A model generated the notes under the pieces. It did not search any database. It had not been told where the DNA came from and worked only from the letters and a program-made list of their open reading frames with translations. A stretch of DNA of 64,000 nt, taken from positions 57,846,001 through 57,910,000 of the forward strand of contig OX597817.1 of the NCBI GenBank assembly GCA_951406725.2, written 5' to 3'. The first letter of the stretch is position 1. Each line of letters starts with the position of its first letter. Origin of the DNA: Octopus vulgaris. Its lineage: Eukaryota. This document shows, in pieces, positions 62,830 to 64,000 of the stretch. A program made the position numbers and the translations under genes.

Positions 62830-63712
62830 CCTTCCTAACACCAACCACTCCGACAGTGTAGCGGGTGCTTTTTATGTGTCACTGGCACGAGGGCCAGTCA
62901 GGCGGCACTGGCAATGGCCACGCTCCAATGGTGCTTTTTACTTGCCACTAGCACAGGAGCCAGTCAGGCAGCACCGGCAACAATCAGGCTCAAATGGTGC
63001 TTTTAACATGCCACCGGTCAGGCAGCACTGGCATTGACCACAGACTTGAATGGTGCTTTTTATGTGCCACCAGCACAGGTGCAAATCAGTCGGTATTGTC
63101 ATCGGCCATGACAATGATTTCACTTGTCTCGACAGGTCTTAGCAAGCACAGTTTATTGCCCAATGACTGAAGGGTATTCTTAAATGGGTTGGTTATGCAG
63201 CACTGGCATAGGCCATGGTTATGATCTCACTTGACTTGCCAAGTCTTGCTCGCCAACCATATGGCTCCAAGTACAAATCCACTGTGTGGTACCGTAGGCA
63301 AGTTTCCTATACTATAGTCCAAGACCGAGTAATGTCTTGTGAGTAACTTTGGAAGATAGAAATGGGGAAAAAAAGCACACGTGGGTGGGTGTGAATGTGT
63401 GTTACTGTCTCCTTGCCTTAACATCGCTTGACAGTTGTAAAAAATCCTGCCAAAACAGTTGCAGAAGTCTGGTGCAGGCTTCTGCCTGGCTGGCTCCTGT
63501 CAAACTGTCCTACCCATGCCAGCATGGAAGGCGGATGTTAAGCAATGATGATGGTGATACATATATGAAGTTTTAGCAGAATGATTCGACCCAAGTAGTC
63601 TTTTTTAAAGCCTGTTACTTACTCTATCAATATCTTCTGCCAAACTGCTAAGTTATGGGGACATAAACATCCCAACACCAGTTGTCAAGTAGTGGTGGGG
63701 GACAAACACAGA

Positions 63713-63798
<86 letters not shown>

Positions 63799-63965
63799 AG
63801 CAGGCTTCTTTCACTTTCTGTCAACTAAATCTACTCACAAGGCTATGGTCAGCCCAAGGTTATAGGAAAGGGCACTTGCCCAACATACCAAACAGTGGAA
63901 CTCAACCCAGAACCATGTGGTCAGGAAGCAAGTTCCTTATCTTACAGTCACACCTATATATAAAT

Positions 63966-64000
<35 letters not shown>

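Noticed and set aside
62864-63085. Repeat-spacer pattern resembling a CRISPR array
   Set aside because: The spacers are homologous to one another, it sits inside a eukaryotic retroposon, and no cas genes are present.

Overview
Eukaryotic, AT-rich, repeat-saturated animal DNA. The SINE, RTE and Penelope families look like those of octopod cephalopods, but that is an inference from repeat content only. One protein-coding gene can be reconstructed on the minus strand. Six phase-compatible GT-AG exons (21692-21541, 15229-15157, 12905-12796, 8289-7226, 4702-4581, 1597-1486) give about 544 codons and continue past the left edge of the window. The product has a ~20-aa ectodomain with no signal peptide, one TM helix, a juxtamembrane CxxC, and a long acidic, Pro-rich tail with many YxxV/I/L motifs. 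This is the architecture of a PAG1/Cbp-like palmitoylated transmembrane adaptor. The rest is intron or intergenic DNA filled with tRNA-derived SINEs, RTE LINE fragments, mariner/hAT/piggyBac-like/Helentron-like MITEs and microsatellites. Almost all ORFs in the supplied track are artefacts of these repeats. The most unusual signals are: (i) several minimal type-I hammerhead ribozymes, one with an intact core in a ~360-bp retrozyme-like insert and two in the inverted terminal repeats of a Penelope remnant; (ii) a 550-bp fold-back mariner made of two 3' ends; (iii) a unique GU-rich hairpin region at ~38.5 kb; (iv) apparent GGT target preference of one SINE subfamily. Repeat boundaries were read by eye and are approximate.
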